Source: an archaeon
GTDB lineage: Archaea > Nanobdellota > Nanobdellia > Pacearchaeales > GW2011-AR1
Direction: 5' to 3'
NCBI GenBank assembly: GCA_018657525.1
Contig: JABHWZ010000003.1
Coordinates: 14,840-78,839 of the forward strand
Length of the DNA: 64,000 nt
Under the pieces are notes generated by a model. The model saw only the letters and a list, made by a program, of their open reading frames with translations. It did not search any database and was not told the origin of the DNA. Of this stretch, positions 19,466 through 30,252 are shown in pieces. The first letter of the stretch is position 1. Every line of letters begins with the position of its first letter. The position numbers and the translations under genes were made by a program.

Positions 19466-21772
19466 ATGGTAGAAAAAAATAAAAAAATAAATTTGAGAGT
19501 TGCAGAATCTTTACAGGATGATGCATATAAGGGAATTGCTAGAATTGATATGGAAATGATGAGGGAGTTAGGTGTGCGGCGAGGTGATATAATTAAGATT
19601 AAGGGAAATAAGGAAACTGTGGCTGTTGTGGATCGAAGTTATCCAGCAGATGTTGGGACAGGAATAATTCGTATTGATGGTATTTTAAGAAGGAATGCTA
19701 AAACTGGAATTGGTGATAATGTAATTATTTTGAAGGCGGAAGTTAAAGAGGCTAAAAAGATTAGCATTGCTCCTGCTCAGCAAGGGATTATGGTCCAAGC
19801 AGATTCAGAAACTTTGAGAAGGGGTCTTTTGGGAAGAGCATTAGTTAAAGGAGATATATTGATGATTGGAGGTGCTCGTCGAAGAATGGATTTGATGGGG
19901 GGAGATATGGGGGATTTTGGTGGAATGTTAGGAGACATGTTGGGAAATGCAGGATTAGGGAATTTGGGGGGAGGAGTTACTCAAATTAAATTTGTTGTAG
20001 TAAATACTAATCCTAGTCAAGCAGTTGTAATTAATGAAACTACTGAGATTGTTTTAAATTCAAAAGCAGTAGATACTACTGATGAAAAAATTCCAGATAT
20101 TACTTATGAAGATATTGGAGGGTTAAGTGAAGAAGTTAAGAAGATTCGAGAGATGGTAGAAATTCCTATGAAGCATCCTGAAATTTTTCATAAGCTTGGG
20201 GTGGAGCCACCAAAGGGAGTTTTGTTGCATGGGCCTCCTGGGACTGGTAAAACGCTTTTAGCCAAGGCTGTCGCAAATGAATCAGACGCTAATTTTATTT
20301 TATTAAATGGGCCTGAGATTATGTCAAAATTTTATGGTGAATCAGAAAAGAAGATAAGGGATATTTTTGAGGAAGCAGAAAAAAATGCTCCTTCAATTAT
20401 TTTTATTGATGAGATTGATGCTATTGCTCCAAAACGAGAAGAGGTTCATGGGGAAGTTGAGCGAAGGGTTGTTTCTCAGATTTTGACAATGATGGATGGT
20501 TTAAAGTCTCGAGGGAAAGTTATTGTTATTGGTGCAACTAATCGAGTAAATGCACTTGATCCTGCTTTAAGAAGGCCAGGAAGATTTGACAGGGAAGTAG
20601 AAATTGGGGTTCCAGATAAAGCCGGAAGATTGCAGGTGTTAAAGATTCATACCCGGGGAATGCCTTTAATAAAAAATGTGAAGTTAGATGAAATTGCTAC
20701 TTTGACTCATGGGTTTGTTGGAGCTGATTTGGAATCTTTAACTAAAGAAACTGCAATGGTTGTATTAAGAAAATATTTACCTGAAATAAAATTGGAGGAC
20801 GGGTTTGAACAAATACCTCCTGAGATTTTATCAAAATTAGTAGTGAGTCATGAAGATTTTTTAGATGCACTTAAAGTTGTAAGACCTTCTGCTATGAGGG
20901 AAGTTCTTGTTGAGACTCCAAATATTAACTGGGAAGATGTTGGGGGATTAGATCTAGTTAAACAGGAATTAAAGGAAGCTGTTGAATGGCCTATGAAATA
21001 TCCTGAGAGTTTTGTTAGAATGGGGATTAGGCCTTCGAGAGGGATTTTACTTTATGGTCCACCTGGAACAGGAAAGACTATGCTTGCTAAGGCTGTCGCA
21101 AAAGAATCAGAAGCGAATTTTATAACTGTGAAGGGGCCGGAATTGTTGAGTAAATGGATTAATGATTCTCATGCTGGCTTGAAAAAAATGTTTGAAAGAG
21201 CAAGGCAGGTTTCTCCATGTATAATCTTTTTTGATGAGATTGAGGCAATAGCTAGAAGAAGAGGAGGGGAGTCTAATGTTGCAATTGAAGATTCTAAAGT
21301 TTTGAATCAGTTATTAGCAGAGATGGATGGTCTTGAAGATTTAAATGATGTTTTGATAATTGGAGCTACAAATAGGCCAGATATGTTGGACGCGGCTATT
21401 TTGAGACCAGGAAGATTTGATAAAATTTTATTTGTGAATGCTCCAGATGAAAAAGGACGAGAAAAAATTTTAAAGATTCATACTCGAAGTATGCCGATTA
21501 AGGGAAAGGAAAATTTAATTGGTAATCTTGTTAAAAAGACAGAGGGTTACACTGGAGCGGATTTAGAGGCTGTGACTCGTGAAGCTGCGATGTTGGCGTT
21601 GAGGGAAAATATGGATTCTCAAGATATTAAGAAAAGTCATTTTGATGAAGCTTTGAAAAAAGTGAAACCTTCTGTAACTAAAAATACTATTGCTAATTAT
21701 AAAAAAATTGAGGATAGTTTTTTACAATCTGCCAAGGCCGCAATTCCTGCTGCAGAGGGATATTTAGGATAA
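19466..21772 (+). CDS. cdc48: Cdc48/VAT AAA+ ATPase, paralog 1
   Basis: N domain plus two AAA modules ([18 protein letters not shown]). Confidence 0.96.
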   Translation: MVEKNKKINLRVAESLQDDAYKGIARIDMEMMRELGVRRGDIIKIKGNKETVAVVDRSYPADVGTGIIRIDGILRRNAKTGIGDNVIILKAEVKEAKKISIAPAQQGIMVQADSETLRRGLLGRALVKGDILMIGGARRRMDLMGGDMGDFGGMLGDMLGNAGLGNLGGGVTQIKFVVVNTNPSQAVVINETTEIVLNSKAVDTTDEKIPDITYEDIGGLSEEVKKIREMVEIPMKHPEIFHKLGVEPPKGVLLHGPPGTGKTLLAKAVANESDANFILLNGPEIMSKFYGESEKKIRDIFEEAEKNAPSIIFIDEIDAIAPKREEVHGEVERRVVSQILTMMDGLKSRGKVIVIGATNRVNALDPALRRPGRFDREVEIGVPDKAGRLQVLKIHTRGMPLIKNVKLDEIATLTHGFVGADLESLTKETAMVVLRKYLPEIKLEDGFEQIPPEILSKLVVSHEDFLDALKVVRPSAMREVLVETPNINWEDVGGLDLVKQELKEAVEWPMKYPESFVRMGIRPSRGILLYGPPGTGKTMLAKAVAKESEANFITVKGPELLSKWINDSHAGLKKMFERARQVSPCIIFFDEIEAIARRRGGESNVAIEDSKVLNQLLAEMDGLEDLNDVLIIGATNRPDMLDAAILRPGRFDKILFVNAPDEKGREKILKIHTRSMPIKGKENLIGNLVKKTEGYTGADLEAVTREAAMLALRENMDSQDIKKSHFDEALKKVKPSVTKNTIANYKKIEDSFLQSAKAAIPAAEGYLG

Positions 21773-22176
21773 TGGGATTTTTTGACGAAGACGGATTTGG
21801 AATAGAAGAGTTTTTTAAGAATTTTAATGGGGGAGAAAATGTTGCGGAATATACTACTGTTGGTTCAGACGGAAAAAAAAGAACTATGCGAAATACTCCT
21901 AGAAATTCAAAGGGTATTCCTGCGAAGCAGGTTGTTTCTCAAGATGAAGTTTTTTTTATTTTTGATTTTTCTGGAGAAAATAATGTTCATGTTGAAGTTG
22001 GAGATGAGTTAGTTTCTAATAATTATGGGGAAAAAGTTTCAACTGGACAAAAAGTTTTGAATATTAAATCATCTAGTAAAGATTTGGGAAATTTTGTTCT
22101 TTCTAAAAAGATTAAATTAAAAACGCTGGAGTTTACATTTAATAATGGAATCTTGGAGGTAAGTTTTAAAAAATGA
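21772..22176 (+). CDS. Hsp20/alpha-crystallin-like protein
   Basis: C-terminal FTFNNGILEV; adjacent to cdc48. Confidence 0.6.
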   Translation: MGFFDEDGFGIEEFFKNFNGGENVAEYTTVGSDGKKRTMRNTPRNSKGIPAKQVVSQDEVFFIFDFSGENNVHVEVGDELVSNNYGEKVSTGQKVLNIKSSSKDLGNFVLSKKIKLKTLEFTFNNGILEVSFKK

Positions 22177-22459
22177 AAAACGGATTAATGTTAGATATTG
22201 TTAAACCTAAAAGACACCCGCTGGTTTCTTTTGAACTTCCTCAAAGCTCGGCTCGGCGATTTCCAATTGCCTCCTGCGAAATCGCAAGGTTGTTAAGACA
22301 CTCGTTGATTTCTTTTGAACTTCCTCAAATATCGGTTCGGCAACATCTTTCAATAACTCAAGTCCACGCTCGTAAATTTGAAATTTGCCTTCGGAAGTTA
22401 ATTTCGCGTAAACTTTCGGCCTCCGAGGAATGTTGTGGGCTTCAACAAGGAGATAGAAA
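22173..22459. mobile_element. displaced cdc48 5' end followed by two family A-like elements, the second carrying a nested family F element
   Basis: 22173-22202 ~ 22460-22489; 22211-22250 ~ 22295-22335; TTGCCTCC/GGCCTCC motif inside stems. Confidence 0.65.
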
Positions 22460-24709
22460 ATGAAAAATGGATTGATGTTAGATATTGTTGAAGCAGAAAA
22501 AGATTATTTTGGGAAAAATGTTGTTACGTTGTCATTTGGTGATATGAAAAGATTAGAAATTGTTTCAGGAGATATTTTAAAAGTTAACGGAGAAAAGGAG
22601 TTATATTTTCGAGCAATTAGAACTAATTCCGAGGAAGGAACTATTGGGATTGATGGAGTAGCTAGATCAGTTATTGGGATTTCTGTTGGGGAAAAAGTTC
22701 GAGTTGAAAAAGCTAAAAAATTAGACAAACTAAAAGGGATTACTCTTTCTATTTTGCCAGATAATAATTATAGCAATGATCAGTTAAAGAGTTTTAATGC
22801 TCAGTTAAAAGAAAATGAATTTTTTAGGAAGGTGTTGATTGATTCTCCATTTACTTTAGGTCAGAAAATTTCTGTTCCAACTAATGTGGGCAATTTGACT
22901 TATGTTGTTTCAAAGTGTTTGCCGAAAAAATGTAGTTCGGGAATTGTTGCGGAAGGTACTCGTGTTGATGTAAGTGAGGAGGTTGGTGAGGGTTCAGGAG
23001 TTAATGTTTATTATGAAGATATTGGAGGGTTAAAAGAAGAGATAGAAAAGGTTAGAGAAATGATTGAGTTCCCAATGAATCATCCAGATATTTTCCAGAA
23101 GTTAGGGATTAGTGCACCGAAGGGAGTTTTGTTGACAGGCCCTCCTGGTACAGGTAAGACTCTTTTAGCGAAAGCTGTTGCAACTGAAACTGATGCTAAG
23201 TTTATTTCAATTGCAGGTCCAGAGATAATGAGTAAGTATCATGGGGGATCTGAAGAAAATTTAAGGGCAAAGTTTGAGGAGGCAGAAAAGAATTCTCCTG
23301 CGATTATTTTTATTGATGAGATCGATGCAATTGCTCCGAAGAGAGGAGAGACTCATGACCAGTCTGAGAAAAGGGTTGTTACTCAGCTTTTGACTTTGAT
23401 GGATGGTTTAAAGTCTCGAGGGCAAGTTGTGGTTATGGCAGCGACAAATCGTCCAGAAGATTTAGATGAGGCTCTTAGGCGGCCAGGAAGATTTGATCGG
23501 GAGTTAAGACTTAATCCTCCTTCTGATGCAGGTAGAAAAGAAATCTTGAAGATTCATACTAGAAATATGCCGTTAGGTAATCGGGAGGAAATTTTGGAAG
23601 AGTTTTCTAATAAGACTCTTGGTTATACTGGAGCTGATTTAGAAGTGCTTTGTAAAGAAGCAGCGCTTCGAGCGGTTAAACCATTTTATGCTAAGTTGGT
23701 GGGGATAGAGGATTCAGAAGAAGAGGCCTCGTCGCTGGATTTAAAGAAACAAGAATTGATTTCTCGGGTTGTTGTAACCAAAGAGCATTTTGATTATGCT
23801 ATGAAAATTGTGGAGCCGTCAGCGATGAGAGAAGTGTTGATTAAAAAACCTAATGTTAAATGGGAAGATATTGGAGGTCTTGAAAAAGCAAAGGATAAAT
23901 TACGTGAATTAGTTGAATTGCCGTTGGTGCGTCCGGATTTATTTGATATGGCTGGGATAAAACCCTCAAAAGGCGTTTTAATCTCTGGAGGACCTGGAAC
24001 GGGGAAGACACTTTTAGCGAAGGCAATTGCAAATGAGGCTAAGGCAAATTTCATTTCAGTAAAAGGACCTGAGCTGATTAGTAAATGGGTTGGTGAATCA
24101 GAAAAGCATGTTAGGGAAATTTTTAAGAAAGCTAGGCAAGTTGCACCAGCAATTATTTTCTTTGATGAGTTTGATTCAATTTCAAAATCTCGGGGGGGAA
24201 GTTTGAATGATTCTTCTGAGAAAGTTGTTAATCAGTTATTGACTGAGCTTGATGGAATTGAAGAGTTGGAAAAAGTTATTGTTATTGCGGCGACTAATCG
24301 GAAGGATTTAATTGATCCTGCTGTTCTTCGTCCTGGGAGAATTGATGCTTTGGTTGAATTAGAGATTCCAGATAAAGATACTCGAAAAAAGATTTTTGAA
24401 GTGCATACTAAGAAAATGCCTTTAGATAAATCTGTTAAATTAGATGAGTATGTTTCTAAGAGTGAAGGTTGGACTGGTGCAGACATTGAGGCTGTTTGTA
24501 GAAATGCTGGGATAAATGCGATTAAGGAAGTTTACAAGTTGGATAGTTCTAAAGGATTTAAAATTACAAAAAAAGATTTTGATTATGGCTTAGAAACTGT
24601 AGCACATTCTTCTGGAAGAGAAATTTTTGTAGATAAAAAGACTGGGAAAATTTCTGGGGCAGGGAAAAAAGGAAATTTAACTGAGAATAAAAAAATTAAG
24701 AAGAAATAA
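22460..24709 (+). CDS. cdc48: Cdc48/VAT AAA+ ATPase, paralog 2
   Basis: Two AAA modules; AAGGAG RBS upstream. Confidence 0.95.
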   Translation: MKNGLMLDIVEAEKDYFGKNVVTLSFGDMKRLEIVSGDILKVNGEKELYFRAIRTNSEEGTIGIDGVARSVIGISVGEKVRVEKAKKLDKLKGITLSILPDNNYSNDQLKSFNAQLKENEFFRKVLIDSPFTLGQKISVPTNVGNLTYVVSKCLPKKCSSGIVAEGTRVDVSEEVGEGSGVNVYYEDIGGLKEEIEKVREMIEFPMNHPDIFQKLGISAPKGVLLTGPPGTGKTLLAKAVATETDAKFISIAGPEIMSKYHGGSEENLRAKFEEAEKNSPAIIFIDEIDAIAPKRGETHDQSEKRVVTQLLTLMDGLKSRGQVVVMAATNRPEDLDEALRRPGRFDRELRLNPPSDAGRKEILKIHTRNMPLGNREEILEEFSNKTLGYTGADLEVLCKEAALRAVKPFYAKLVGIEDSEEEASSLDLKKQELISRVVVTKEHFDYAMKIVEPSAMREVLIKKPNVKWEDIGGLEKAKDKLRELVELPLVRPDLFDMAGIKPSKGVLISGGPGTGKTLLAKAIANEAKANFISVKGPELISKWVGESEKHVREIFKKARQVAPAIIFFDEFDSISKSRGGSLNDSSEKVVNQLLTELDGIEELEKVIVIAATNRKDLIDPAVLRPGRIDALVELEIPDKDTRKKIFEVHTKKMPLDKSVKLDEYVSKSEGWTGADIEAVCRNAGINAIKEVYKLDSSKGFKITKKDFDYGLETVAHSSGREIFVDKKTGKISGAGKKGNLTENKKIKKK

Positions 24710-24711
24710 AT

Positions 24712-25593
24712 TTATTCACTCGTTACAATCTTTTTATCTTTAGTGATTAGAATCGTATTCTCTGCCTGCGCGACTTTTTCTTTAGAGATTTCTATTAGTT
24801 GAGGATATTGATGTAAAATTCCTTGTGATTCTAATTGATGTAATGCGATTTTTGCTTTTGTTCCGAACTTTTTAATTAACCATCTTTCGCAAAAGGGTAA
24901 GCTTCCGTGTTCTTCTGTGATATAGCTTAGTATTTCTCTTGCTATCGGGCTTCGAGTGTTTTTGTCGTCGATTATTTGGTATATTCCAGAAGGTCTACCA
25001 TCTTGGACTTTTCCTGAGCCGGTTGTGCTAAATGGTTCGATTGCATAAAGTCCGTCTGTTAATTCAGTTTGATTTTGAGTATTAATATTTGGGATAGTGA
25101 TCCCGGCGTGAAGGTCGTATTGTTCCATGCTGTGTCCAGAAAGATTTAGTATTGGAGAGAATCCTTCTGCTTCAATTGTTTCTTGGATTGTTTTGCCAAT
25201 TTCTCCAAGAGTTGTTTTTTCTTTTTGTATTAAATCTATTGCGTTTTTTAGAGCAGCTTCAGCTGCATAAATTAATTTTTTATTTTTTTCTGAGTTTTCT
25301 AAATCTACTGAGAAAGCTGTATCTGCTACCCATCCGTCTATATGAACTCCCAAATCTATTTTTAAAAGTCCGTGTGCTTTTGTTTCATCGTCGAAAGTTG
25401 GAGTGTAATGCGCGGCTATTTCATTTATTGAAAGGTTTGTTGGGAAAGCTGATTTGCCTCCTAGTTTTTCTATTTTTGATTCTATTTTTTTTGCAATTTC
25501 TAAAAGTAGCATATCTTTTTTAATAAATGATTTTGCATATTCTTTAACTTGAGTTGCTATCTTTCCAGCTTGGATTATTTTTTCTTGTTCCAT
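24712..25593 (-). CDS. map: type II methionine aminopeptidase
   Basis: AFPTN, AAHYT, KIDLGVHIDG, NLSGH, AIEPF. Confidence 0.96.
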   Translation of the reverse strand: MEQEKIIQAGKIATQVKEYAKSFIKKDMLLLEIAKKIESKIEKLGGKSAFPTNLSINEIAAHYTPTFDDETKAHGLLKIDLGVHIDGWVADTAFSVDLENSEKNKKLIYAAEAALKNAIDLIQKEKTTLGEIGKTIQETIEAEGFSPILNLSGHSMEQYDLHAGITIPNINTQNQTELTDGLYAIEPFSTTGSGKVQDGRPSGIYQIIDDKNTRSPIAREILSYITEEHGSLPFCERWLIKKFGTKAKIALHQLESQGILHQYPQLIEISKEKVAQAENTILITKDKKIVTSE

Positions 25594-25680
25594 TTTATTT
25601 TAAGAAATTTAGAGTTTAAGAATTTTTGTAATTTTTCTTTTTATGGCAATACTTAAATATTCTAGGGTCTTGTAAATATT

Positions 25681-26049
25681 ATGAAAGAATTAGTGCGAGA
25701 AAAATATGAATATCTTGGCAAAGACCCGGTTACTTTCGGGAAAATGGTAGTTGATAATTGTTCTAGAGCTTTTGGGGCGTATTCTCATGGTTCCTATTCT
25801 ATATCTGAGGAGGGGAAAAGTAAGAAGTTAGAAGTAAGCCTTTCCTTTCCACAAAGACAAGGGTTAAGTTTTCACATAATTCAAGGTCGTCGTAATAGTG
25901 CGTTGCCGGGATTAAATGATTTTTGTTGTGATGATAGTTATACTCTTTTCTATTTAGAGGGAGATGAAAATAGTGAAGAAGTTGAATTTGTTAGAAATCG
26001 GTTGATAAATGTAGTTGGATTTAGTTCTCATAGTGTTTGGGGAGATTGA
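25681..26049 (+). CDS. hypothetical protein
   Basis: 122-aa ORF; TATA-like box upstream. Confidence 0.55.
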   Translation: MKELVREKYEYLGKDPVTFGKMVVDNCSRAFGAYSHGSYSISEEGKSKKLEVSLSFPQRQGLSFHIIQGRRNSALPGLNDFCCDDSYTLFYLEGDENSEEVEFVRNRLINVVGFSSHSVWGD

Positions 26050-26067
26050 TTTTTGAATCATTTTTAT

Positions 26068-26628
26068 TTATTGTTTAACTGCTTTTTCTTTGACTCTTCT
26101 GTTTTTTGGAATGAAATTTGAAATCTTTTTTTCTGAAACTTTTCCACAGCCCCAAAAATCTTCTTTGAACTTTATTACTTTGAATCCTCTAGTGAATTTT
26201 TCTGGTTCATTTGCAATTTCGTTTTCGGATTTGGAGGATAGATAATTTATTTCATCAAAATATAATTCTTCTCCTTTGAGATATTTTTTTGCTTGTTCTT
26301 CAGTGAGTTCTAAAATGTTTTCTGTTATTTGGTCTTTTAGTATGTGTGTGCCCTCGATACTCAATCTAATTTCGTTTTCTCCAGGGATTAATTTAGCAAA
26401 GTAAGTCCCAACTCTTTCTATTGGTATTGTCTTTTCAAGTTCCCATATCTCAGGAGCGGTTAATGAACCTTGATATAAAAATAATCTTTCTTCTCCTCGC
26501 TGAACAATTAATCCTTGAACTTCTTGAATTCCAAATTGTTTTTTTAGAAGTTGAACTATCTTTTCTTTTTCTTTTCTAGTCATTATTTTTAATCCTTTAT
26601 ATTCTCTGGAAAATTTGTGTTGTTTCAT
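26068..26628 (-). CDS. NIP7/RsmF C-terminal PUA-like RNA-binding protein
   Basis: GTYF, RLSIEG, GCGK, NFIPKNRR; follows RsmB gene; start re-called. Confidence 0.75.
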   Translation of the reverse strand: MKQHKFSREYKGLKIMTRKEKEKIVQLLKKQFGIQEVQGLIVQRGEERLFLYQGSLTAPEIWELEKTIPIERVGTYFAKLIPGENEIRLSIEGTHILKDQITENILELTEEQAKKYLKGEELYFDEINYLSSKSENEIANEPEKFTRGFKVIKFKEDFWGCGKVSEKKISNFIPKNRRVKEKAVKQ

Positions 26629-26629
26629 T

Positions 26630-26734
26630 GCGAGACAACCCCTTGTTTTCCTCGCGCTCCTTCCTCGAAGCTCTGATACTCCGAAGGGCACGAGAGGGTA
26701 GCATCTTTAAATTGCCTCCGTCGGATGCCACATG
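26630..26734 (-). mobile_element. family A structured element (105 nt)
   Basis: Colinear and highly similar to 42613-42717. Confidence 0.8.
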
Positions 26735-26770
26735 AGCTGATTAATTTATTTTGTTTTATTTTTGATATTT

Positions 26771-26966
26771 TCATTCTTTTATTTTCCTAAATTTACTTAT
26801 GAAGAACCCCTCTGCTCGTGAACCTTCATTGTTATTGAATCTTCTGCTTGTCATTTTATTTTTTTGAATTTTGAAATGAAGAACCCCTCTGCTCGTGAAC
26901 CTTCATTGTTATTGAATCTTCTGCTTGTCATTTTATTTTTTTGAATTTTGAAATGAAGAACCCCTC
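26771..26966 (-). repeat. three copies of the RsmB-gene C-terminus, 77-nt period
   Basis: GAAGAACCCCTC at 26801, 26878 and 26955. Confidence 0.9.
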
Positions 26967-28031
26967 GGTATTATTATCATGAGGATAAACTCTGCAACAT
27001 AATTTTACTTTTGGGTTGAAATTTATTTTTGGATTTTTTTCAGACTTTGCTGTTCCCTCCCGCGAACCACCCTGGGACTCGCTTAGCTCGCTTGATTTAA
27101 TTAACGCAAAGTCTTCTTTTTTTGGATTCCATTCTGTGATTCCTTCTCGACATTTTATTGGGAGTTCTACTTTTTTGATTTTAATTTTATCTCCAAATTC
27201 TTCTAGGGCCCAACTTACTATTGCTTCGTTTTCTTCTGGGGCGTGAGTGCAAGTTGAGTAAATTATTTCTCCGTCAACTTTTAAAATTTCAAAAGCGTGT
27301 TTGAATAATCTTTTTTGAATTTGTGGGAGTGCTTTTGTTACATTTTTTATGTTCCACATTTTGTAGGTTTTATAAGCGCTTCTTAAAGTTCCTTCGCCAG
27401 AACACGGGGCGTCCACAAGGATTTTGTCAAATTTTATTTCTGGGTTGAATTTTGCTAATCTTTTACAAAGTGCGGCTCCTTCTTTTCTGCTGATTATTGT
27501 ATTTGTGACTCCGCATCTTTCTAGGTTTGAAGAAAGAATTCTGAGTCGGCCCATTGAAATTTCATTGGCGATTATTGCTCCTTGGTTTTCCATTGCTGCT
27601 GCTATCTGAGTTGTTTTGGATCCGGGTGCTGCGGCTAGATCTAGGATTAATTCTCCTGCTTTTGGTTTGAGTGCAATTATCGGAAGCATTGAGGCAAGTT
27701 CTTGAATATAATAATATCCGAGTAAATGTTCTTCTGCCCTTCCGAGTTCTCCTGGTTCAAGTGAGATTAAATTATTTTCAGAATTATATTTTCCTTCGAT
27801 AATCATGACTTCCGGGTTTGATTCCCACGGGCGAGATATTTTCCATGTTTTTTCTTCTAATCTTTTTTTTAATTTTTCAGGAGATATTTTTAAGGGGTTG
27901 CAACGGATAGAATTTACTGGTTTTATTTTTAGGATATCCAAATAGGATTGAAAATCTTTTTTATCTGGAAGAAGCTGTTTTATTCGTTCTTCGAATTCAG
28001 GTTTCATTTCTGGAATTTTTATTTTTGTCAT
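26928..28031 (-). CDS. RsmB/NOL1/NOP2/Sun RNA m5C methyltransferase with 31-codon insertion
   Basis: YIQE, AAPGSKT, DAPCSGEG, YSTCT, EGFF. Confidence 0.95.
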   Translation of the reverse strand: MTKIKIPEMKPEFEERIKQLLPDKKDFQSYLDILKIKPVNSIRCNPLKISPEKLKKRLEEKTWKISRPWESNPEVMIIEGKYNSENNLISLEPGELGRAEEHLLGYYYIQELASMLPIIALKPKAGELILDLAAAPGSKTTQIAAAMENQGAIIANEISMGRLRILSSNLERCGVTNTIISRKEGAALCKRLAKFNPEIKFDKILVDAPCSGEGTLRSAYKTYKMWNIKNVTKALPQIQKRLFKHAFEILKVDGEIIYSTCTHAPEENEAIVSWALEEFGDKIKIKKVELPIKCREGITEWNPKKEDFALIKSSELSESQGGSREGTAKSEKNPKINFNPKVKLCCRVYPHDNNTEGFFISKFKKIK

Positions 28032-28067
28032 AAAAACAGAATAGAACTTGTGTTTTTAAATGTGGGG

Positions 28068-28679
28068 TTAACACTTACAACATTTAATTTTTTTGTTTAA
28101 GAAAAAGAAAGGGAATATTATATCTGAAACACAACACGGGATTATCACGGCAATTATGATAATTATTAATGCTGCTATGAAAAATAATGTGTTAAAGTTT
28201 TGACTGAAGGCTAGAAGATATGATGAACTGGCAAAGACAGATAAGAAAACATGGAGAGCGTGGGACATTTTTGTTTTTGTAGTTAAGGTTCCGATGCTTG
28301 CTCCAATTAAAGCGAAAGTTAAAATTTTTATTGGCTCGTTTATTATTGGTAAATGGAGTTGGACATTTAATCTAAAAATTAATCCTCCTAGATATGGAAA
28401 GAGAGTATCACTCACACTGCCGATAAGAATTGCTCCTGTTATTCCTACAAGGATTGCTTTTAATTTGTTTTTTTGATAACTATAGAATATTGCAGAAGTG
28501 ACAATTGCTGAAAAAATTATATGAATTGGATGAATTACTTCAAAAATAGATTCTGAAATGTTTGCTTGCAAAATATAGTTAATGAATAATATAGATGATA
28601 TTCCGATTAAACTAGCAATTGCAGTGAAGGGGAGGTGGTGTTTTAGTTCATGGAGCAGCTCTTTTGTTTTGAATTCCAT
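28068..28679 (-). CDS. His-containing multi-pass membrane protein
   Basis: About 6 TM segments; HELKHH, HPIH, PCCVSD. Confidence 0.7.
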   Translation of the reverse strand: MEFKTKELLHELKHHLPFTAIASLIGISSILFINYILQANISESIFEVIHPIHIIFSAIVTSAIFYSYQKNKLKAILVGITGAILIGSVSDTLFPYLGGLIFRLNVQLHLPIINEPIKILTFALIGASIGTLTTKTKMSHALHVFLSVFASSSYLLAFSQNFNTLFFIAALIIIIIAVIIPCCVSDIIFPFFFLNKKIKCCKC

Positions 28680-28752
28680 AATTGATTTAATGTTGAGAGG
28701 TTTTTATTGTTTGGGGTTAATATTTAAAAAGTTTATTTTGTTTTATTTGTTT

Positions 28753-30243
28753 ATGGTTGAAAAAAGTTATAGTGAAGAATATAGTTCACGAATTGCTGGA
28801 AAATTACAAAAATTGGAGTCAAAGATAGGCAAAGAGAGAGTTCGTTCTATTGTTGATGTGTCTAAATTGTACAGTAGAGATTTGGAAGTTTTAAATGCTT
28901 TAGTTAATTATGGATTAAGAAATCCAGAATTAGTGGAAGGGGGAGTTGAACAATTTAGAGATAGAAAAGTGGTAGATTATTTAGGCAAATTAACTACCGA
29001 TAATCTTCCTTATAAGGTGGCTGTGCAGGGGTTGATGGATGCTCATCCTTATCTGGCTGCTTCTTTGGTAGATGTTTTAAAGAAATATTCTAAACCTCAA
29101 ATTTTAGATGTTGCTAATTGGTTAAAAAGGTTAAGTAGGAGAGCTAAGGAGAGAAAAAATATTGAAGATATTCCTGGTTTTATGTCTGATGCGATAAGTA
29201 GATTGGGGGATGAAACCGTTGTTAATAAATTGGAAGATGAATCTGGTGATTCTCAGAAGGATAAAAGAAGAGTCGTTCAAATAACGGGTATTGATCCGAA
29301 TGAAATTGGTTATGTTGTTCCAGTTAAAGGTTCGGGTAGAATTCCTGAAAATGAAGTGTCTCAGCTTGAACATTATTCAAGAGTATTTATGGAAGGTTTA
29401 AGAAAATCAGATCCTGATTGCGTATTTCTTTGTGCTGCTTCTGGAGTTCCAATGGGGTGGGCAGTTAAATCAGCTTGGAAGGCTGCTTATCCTGGAGAGA
29501 AGATTCCGGCTTTTTATACTATTGATCCAAAAGCACCTTTTAGGTCAGATAAAATTCTTAAAGATTTTTTTGGGAAAAAAATTCCTCAAAATGCGAGAGT
29601 TGTTATTTCAGATGATCAGTTAGGAACTTCTTCTGGTTTTGCTAGGGATATGGTTAATAAATATGCAAAAATATCTGGCACAAAATTAGATTTACTGAAG
29701 CTCAAGGAGTGGGTATATCCGGGATATTTTTATAGATTATTTGATTATAAAGGTTTGCCTGGTCCGGTAGACGAGGGTAAGGAAGTTGCTCCGGTAGTAA
29801 GATTTTTTGGGGCTCATCGTAAATCTGCAAGAAAAGTTCCTTTTTATGGAGAGCTTTCTCCTGGACAATTGAAGAAATTAGAAGCAGAGGGAAAAGCTAG
29901 TTTGGCAGGGAGGAGAAAACCTAGGGGGGCTGAAAAGGGGGCTTTAACTTATATTAGGACTTTGAAGAAAATTGGACAGGTTGCTGGAGAAAAATTAAAG
30001 AGAGAAATGGAAGGGGGAAAATCTACTTTTAATTTAGAAAAACAACTTTATTCTATTTTAGCAGTTGGAGGAATTCTTTTTGGATTAATTTTTGGAGGAT
30101 TTAATTTGACAGGGAATGTTATTTTAGGGTTCTCAAGTAGAATTAGTTCTTCAATAAGTGGGATTTCTTTTTTGTTAGGAATATTTGCTAGTTTTTTATG
30201 GTTAATGGAAAATAAACGTGGACGTTATTATAAAAAATATTAA
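28753..30243 (+). CDS. hypothetical protein with PRTase-like motif and C-terminal TM-NLTGNVI-TM tail
   Basis: VFLCAASGVP and RVVISDD..GT resemble type I phosphoribosyltransferase motifs; start re-called. Confidence 0.6.
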   Translation: MVEKSYSEEYSSRIAGKLQKLESKIGKERVRSIVDVSKLYSRDLEVLNALVNYGLRNPELVEGGVEQFRDRKVVDYLGKLTTDNLPYKVAVQGLMDAHPYLAASLVDVLKKYSKPQILDVANWLKRLSRRAKERKNIEDIPGFMSDAISRLGDETVVNKLEDESGDSQKDKRRVVQITGIDPNEIGYVVPVKGSGRIPENEVSQLEHYSRVFMEGLRKSDPDCVFLCAASGVPMGWAVKSAWKAAYPGEKIPAFYTIDPKAPFRSDKILKDFFGKKIPQNARVVISDDQLGTSSGFARDMVNKYAKISGTKLDLLKLKEWVYPGYFYRLFDYKGLPGPVDEGKEVAPVVRFFGAHRKSARKVPFYGELSPGQLKKLEAEGKASLAGRRKPRGAEKGALTYIRTLKKIGQVAGEKLKREMEGGKSTFNLEKQLYSILAVGGILFGLIFGGFNLTGNVILGFSSRISSSISGISFLLGIFASFLWLMENKRGRYYKKY

Positions 30244-30252
30244 TTCTTAGTT

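Noticed and set aside
22211..22290. Family A as a hammerhead ribozyme (TTGAGGA...GAAA-stem)
   Set aside because: No proper CUGANGA core or stem II, and the would-be cleavage triplet ends in G in all copies
22173..22463. 96-aa ORF as a genuine protein family
   Set aside because: Composed of a duplicated cdc48 start plus repeat elements; it may be translated but is not an independent gene
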